This document shows, in pieces, positions 59,302-64,000 of a DNA stretch of 64,000 nt. The first letter of the stretch is position 1, and each line of letters opens with the position of its first letter. The translations under genes and the position numbers were made by a program. The stretch is taken from the NCBI GenBank assembly GCA_026936335.1, contig JAPMXV010000055.1, positions 1 to 64,000 of the forward strand, read 5' to 3'. Source of the stretch: Mantamonas sphyraenae STR306 (taxonomy: Eukaryota; Protista; CRuMs). The notes beneath the pieces were generated by a model. The model saw only the letters and a program-made list of their open reading frames with translations. It was not told the DNA's origin and did no database searches.

Positions 59302-60457
59302 CTAGAGGGAGACAGGTGCGCCGTTGTTTGCCATGCTCTTGTCGGCGGCCACGAGGATTGCCACAACATCAACGCCCAGCTGGCCACTGGACACAGGCTC
59401 GTCTCCACTCTGCACACAGCGAGCAAACTCCAGCACCTGTGCCTTGAGCGGCTCTGCGGGTTTGATGTACGGAGAGACAATATCGCCGTCGCGCACCTCC
59501 AGGTTGTGTTGACCCAGGGTGCCATCGGTGTCGGCTCCCTTGGAACTGGCTTCGACCCCCTTCTTGAACACGCGCACCTTTTCCAGCTGCGACGTGTCGT
59601 TGAAGGTGATGCGCTCCTTGGACCCCACACAGACAAGTTCTCGCACCTTGTTGGGTTCGCACCAGCTCACGGTGATGTGGCCCAGGATGTTGTCCTCGAA
59701 GCCGATGTTGATAAAGGCCACGTCCTCGTTGTCGGAGCCCAGCACCTTGAGCCCAGTAGCAGACACCCACTGCGGCTTCTTTTCGGTCAGGTAGAGGAAC
59801 ATCGAAATGTCGTGCGGGGCAAGGTCCCATGAGGCGTTGACGTCGTCGCGAAAAGGTCCCAGGTTCGTACGCGTAGCGTTCAGGTAGTACAGGCTGCCAA
59901 AATCATCGCTTTGCATTTGTTCCTTGACCCTGTGCACCGCTGTGTTGTGCAAAAAGGTGTGGCCGACCATCAGAGTCAACCCCTTCTCCTTGGCCAGATC
60001 GACAAGCTCCTGTCCCTCCTCCACGTTCACCGTCACGGGCTTTTCCACCAAAACGTGTTTGCCACTCTCGAGACACTCTGTGTGGAGATGGGAAGAGGAG
60101 AAGAGAGGGTGAGCGACAGTCCCCGCAATTTCGCCCTCCCAGCGGCCGTCGTCGCGTGTCGACGGCCTTCAGCTGCGGTGGCCACGTACGCTTGACCACT
60201 TTGTAGTGAACTGTGGCAGGAGTGACGACGACGACAGCATGCACGTCGTCGTTGTCGTACACCTCGGACGGGTCTGTGGTGAAGCTTGTTTCGGGATACT
60301 TGGCAGCAAGCACGTCCAGCACCTGTTGGTTGAGATCGCACACCTTGACCAGATTGAAAGTGCTGTTGAGTTCATTGAGCAGTCGCACGTAGTGTTTGCC
60401 CCAGTAGCCCGTGCCCATCAAGGCCACGTTGACGATTGTGCTTTCAGTCTGGCTCAT
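59302..60457 (-). CDS. Gfo/Idh/MocA-family NAD-dependent oxidoreductase of bacterial type; intron 60078-60189
   Basis: GTGYWG, TPATVH, GKHVLVEKP, LMVGHTF, RTNLG, WDLAPHDIS. Confidence 0.9.
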
Positions 60458-60548
60458 CCGTGCTGTTCAGTTCGCTTTGCGTGCATCCTACGGCGCACAA
60501 AGGTGCATGAAAACCCTTCCCCTCCATTGCTCTCCTTCTCCCTCCCCA

Positions 60549-61604
60549 TCACTCTCCCTTGTACACAGGCTTGCGCTTCTCCTTAAACGCTGTGAGTCCT
60601 TCCATGCGGTCCTTTGTGGGGATGACTTGAGCGTAGCACAGTTCCTCCACCGCCATTCCCGTGACCGTGTCTGTCTCCATGCCACGGTCGATGGCCTGCT
60701 TGGCCATACGCAGGGCAATCGGTCCGTTCTGGCTGATCCTCTCTGCAAGCTCCATCCCCGTGGCCAGGGCTTGTCCAGCCTCGACCAGCTTGTTCACCAA
60801 GCCATACTCCTCATATGCCTGCTGGGCACTCAGTCTGGCTGCAGTAAAGATCAACTCCTTGGCTTTGCTCTTTCCGATGAGCCGCGGCAGACGCTGCGTG
60901 CCTCCAGCACCAGGAATGATGGCCAGTCCGGTTTCGGGCAACCCGAGAAGCGCCTTGTCGCCTGCCACGCGCATGTCCATGGCCAACGCCATTTCCAGTC
61001 CGCCACCCAGGGCAGCTCCCTCCACGCACGCAATGGTGGGCATCGGAAGCGTCTCCAGGTCACGGAACAGCTTGCGTGCGCCGCTGACAAAACGAGCTGC
61101 CTCGGCTTGGCTCATCTCCTTCCTCTCCTTCAGATCTGCGCCTGCACAGAACACGCCGTCCACGACACTTTGCAAAATCACCACACGTGCTTCCTTGTCA
61201 TACGCCAACTCGTCCACCGTCTCCCGGAATCGCCTGAGGACGGGGGGTCAGTCAGTCAGTCAGTCCACAAACGGGCGAAAACTCTCCGCCTCGACTCCCA
61301 CCTCATTGCACATACTGGGCCAAGTTGCGTCCAATGGCGTTCTTTGCCTTGGGTCTGTTCATGGAGAGAACCACCACGCCTGCGGTTGCACAGGGGTGGG
61401 CACACGTCGCGTGTCAGTGTCGTTCACCAGTTGTCACCAAAAAGGAAGTCGGCTGCTGGCCAACCCACCGTCCACGCGCTCCACCACAAGTTCGTCGTCC
61501 GAATTGCGGCCCAACTCGTGCAGAGGCACACTGCTCATGCTTCGACCTCCCTGCTTCACCAAACACTGGGCGCTCTTGACACTGGTCACGCGACGAGAAA
61601 ACAT
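60549..61604 (-). CDS. AUH: Mitochondrial methylglutaconyl-CoA hydratase (AUH-type enoyl-CoA hydratase); introns 61380-61468 and 61234-61315
   Basis: Presequence-like N-terminus, [53 protein letters not shown]. Confidence 0.9.
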
Positions 61605-61642
61605 CGTTCTGTGTGCGTGCGCAAACGCAGGCACCGAAACAC

Positions 61643-62982
61643 ATGTCCAATCTCAACGACTGGGCCGAAGACTCTGTCGACGAAAACGGAGACGGTACGT
61701 GGAAGCAAACGGGTTGGGAAAGCAAGAGAGAGGATGGCGTGAACCAACGAGCATCACACTCACACAAATCCCCTGCTGCTGCACCGGGCTGGTGCACACA
61801 CACATGCGTGCCCACCACACACACACACACACTCTCTCTCTCTCTCTCTTTCTCTGGTACACAGAACTGCCTTCGTCTTACGAAGTGCCCAACGACAACG
61901 GCACAAAGAACGTGGTTGAGTTCAAGCGTGCCGAGGACGGCGGCATTCTCAAGGTCACCAAGGTGGTCAGGGTGGAAAAGAGGAAACAATTGATCAACAA
62001 ACGAGTGGAACGCCGCAAGGTGAGTGGTGGACGTGGGGCGCTGGGGCACACCGCAGGCGCATGCAGGCACACCACGGCCTGTGCACAGCAACAAATGCAA
62101 AGGGGCAGGCTCTCACACACACACGCCCACCTCGCAGCAATGGGAACGCTTCGGCGAAGCCAAGGGTGCTCAGGGACCCGAGGACGGTATCACCATGTAC
62201 GAGGAGATGGAGGTCTTCCTGGATCTGACCCCAAAGGCAAAGGTAAGCTGCGTGCAGCAACTTGGCCAGTTTCCCAAGAAAAATCTCGCACGGCACGGGT
62301 CGTTCGGCGCATGGAACCCTGCTTACTCACACACTCACACACGCTCTCGCGTTGACACGCCGGTTCATGCACCCTTCCTTCCCATGCACAGCTGGTGGAA
62401 AAGAAGCCCAGCGAAACGGTGGAGGAGGACAGCGCGACGTTCAACTTGGTCTGCCGTATTTGCGGCGCAAAGGGCGACCACTGGACATCCCGGTGCCCAT
62501 TCAAGATGTCGATGGCAGCAGGCGGTCAAGGCGCCTCGGGAGCTTCTGGGGAGACAAAGACGTCGGGCCTGGACCGCTTGGAACGCCTGGCCAGCGGTGG
62601 TTCGTCGCTGGATTCGCTCGGTTCTGGCGGCGCCAGCAGCGGCAAGTATGTGCCCCCGTCTGTGCGCAGGGCTCTTGCTGCAGGCATTGATCTCAATGAG
62701 CAGCGCCAGAACTCCTGGAAGGAGGAGCGCGACCGCTACACCCTCAAGGTGTCCAACTTTTCCGACGACATCGACGAGGACGACCTCCGCGACATCTTCT
62801 CCAAGTTTGGTGGAGTGCAGCGTGCCAAGATTGTGCGTCGCCAGGATAACGGTGCCTCGCGCGGCTTTGGATTTGTCGCATACTACAACGAGGAGGCGTG
62901 CAACGCAGCCATCGAGAACCTCGACGGGTACGGTCTGGACTACATGATCCTCAAGGTGGAGTGGGCCAACAAGAAGAACTAA
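61643..62982 (+). CDS. EIF3G: Translation initiation factor 3 subunit G; introns 61695-61864, 62020-62137, 62243-62391
   Basis: VERRK|QWERFG, zinc knuckle CRICGAKGDHWTSRCPF, GKYVPPS, RRM with SRGFGFV and LKVEWA. Confidence 0.94.
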
Positions 62983-63060
62983 GAACTGGGCTGCGAGTGG
63001 CGATGGGGGGCCGAATGAGTGAAAACTGCATTGCATTTGTCTCTTCTCTGCACTGCCCTC

Positions 63061-64000
63061 TCACGCGTCGGCTGTGCGTGCAAAGTAGAACTTCAGCAGC
63101 TCGTTCAAATGCTCCCGGTCCAGGTAGTTGGCGTCGTTGACGCGTTTGGTAATGTGCATCATGAGCGCAGATGAGCGGCCGCTGTGCGACTGCAAAAAGT
63201 TGGCCATGGAGGCTTCCTGCGTCTCGCACAGGAACTTGATCAGATCGATGCCCAGTCTGCGCACAACGCCATCGCTGTCGTCCCAACACTCGATGAGCTT
63301 GTTGACGCTGTTGTCCCTCTGTGCACCCTTGCTGTACTGCAGCAGGTGTGCCATCAGGTACATGACGTCCGCCTTGCGTCGCCCTACACCGCGCTTGTCC
63401 AGGCGCAATTTCAGGTAGTCCAGCGTGTTGCGCACGTCCAGCACAAGCTTCTCCGAGCGCCCCTCCTGCGACTGCACCATCAGAATGATGGCCTCGCGCA
63501 CTGCCTGTCGCACCCCACGGTGCGAGTTGTCCAGCATGTTGAGCAATGCCCTCAGCGACACGACAAGTTGTTCGCCAGAAAGGGTGCGCGTGCCTTCCAG
63601 AATGCCGCCCACAAGCTGCAGCGCACGTGTGTGTGTGGCCACCATCATCGTCAGCTGCTGGTTCTTTGTGTTCAGCTCGGCCTGCATCGATTCCTTTTTC
63701 TGCATCATCTCGTCCACTTTGCTGCTGTCAGTGGAGGCCATCTCCAGGGCCCGACGGTGCTCCTCGATGGCATTGTAGTGCTCCGCAGACACAATCGGCA
63801 TGTCCACCAGCGTCGATTGCACGAAAATGCGCGTCTCCATGTACGCAAAGATGTCCGAGCGCAGCTCTTCGGACACGCGCTCACACACGCGCACAAACTC
63901 AAACAGCGTCTCCACGTATTCGTACAGGTCGTCGCGGATGCCATCCAGGCCAATCAGCAGATGAGCAAACACGTTGAGCCTGTGGATGGCGTCCAGATCC
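63061..64000 (-). CDS. C-terminal part of an uncharacterised alpha-helical protein (coiled coil plus HEAT-like segments); continues beyond the window
   Basis: Open frame to the window edge; HEAT-like LDNSHRGVRQAVREAI and WDDSDGVVRRLGI. Confidence 0.7.
   Translation of the reverse strand, partial: DLDAIHRLNVFAHLLIGLDGIRDDLYEYVETLFEFVRVCERVSEELRSDIFAYMETRIFVQSTLVDMPIVSAEHYNAIEEHRRALEMASTDSSKVDEMMQKKESMQAELNTKNQQLTMMVATHTRALQLVGGILEGTRTLSGEQLVVSLRALLNMLDNSHRGVRQAVREAIILMVQSQEGRSEKLVLDVRNTLDYLKLRLDKRGVGRRKADVMYLMAHLLQYSKGAQRDNSVNKLIECWDDSDGVVRRLGIDLIKFLCETQEASMANFLQSHSGRSSALMMHITKRVNDANYLDREHLNELLKFYFARTADA

Noticed and set aside
146-63977. Many long antisense or alternative-frame ORFs (e.g. 9094-10200, 27297-29015, 28804-30441, 31639-33285, 60661-62355)
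   Set aside because: Shadow ORFs of real genes in GC-rich, stop-poor DNA; no recognisable motifs
1-64000. CRISPR arrays, tRNA/rRNA genes, alternative genetic code, selenoproteins
   Set aside because: None seen. TGA, TAA and TAG all terminate conserved proteins at expected positions.

Overview
Left end of a chromosome from a very gene-dense, GC-rich unicellular eukaryote. It has a TTAGGG-type telomere and spliceosomal introns, mostly 66-270 nt, with GTRNGT donors and CTNAC branch points. Mitochondrial and sterol-synthesis genes are present; the taxon cannot be fixed from the sequence alone. After the telomere (1-147) come two paralogous subtelomeric genes of an unrecognised family, built from tandem ~360-aa units. 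About 27 mostly conserved genes follow, usually separated by only 7-110 bp: NBR1-like, XPF, TBCE, cyclin L, 2x COA5, 2x head-to-head UBA3, a cNMP-binding protein, an ASM-like phosphodiesterase, sterol C14 reductase, SEN34, 2x ABHD1/3-like, anoctamin, ARL8, a UBR-UBA-TPR protein, beta-amylase, an Ariadne E3, a hidden bL36, KIAA1109/BLTP1, NOG1, a Tim17-family protein, a bacterial-type Gfo/Idh/MocA, AUH, eIF3g and a partial gene. The best candidates for novelty are: (1) the subtelomeric family, whose half-repeats each carry a winged-helix-like motif with a hypervariable predicted recognition helix, plus a C-terminal bipartite NLS, i.e. a possible recombination-diversified modular DNA-binding system; (2) an unidentified ~320-nt structured RNA in NOG1 intron 1; (3) a 38-aa bL36 with no presequence whose ATG is split by an intron; (4) a C/G strand skew that ignores gene orientation and reverses inside one 13-kb exon. 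Seven frameshifts at C-runs are probably assembly errors. All gene models were read by eye; no searches or folding programs were run.
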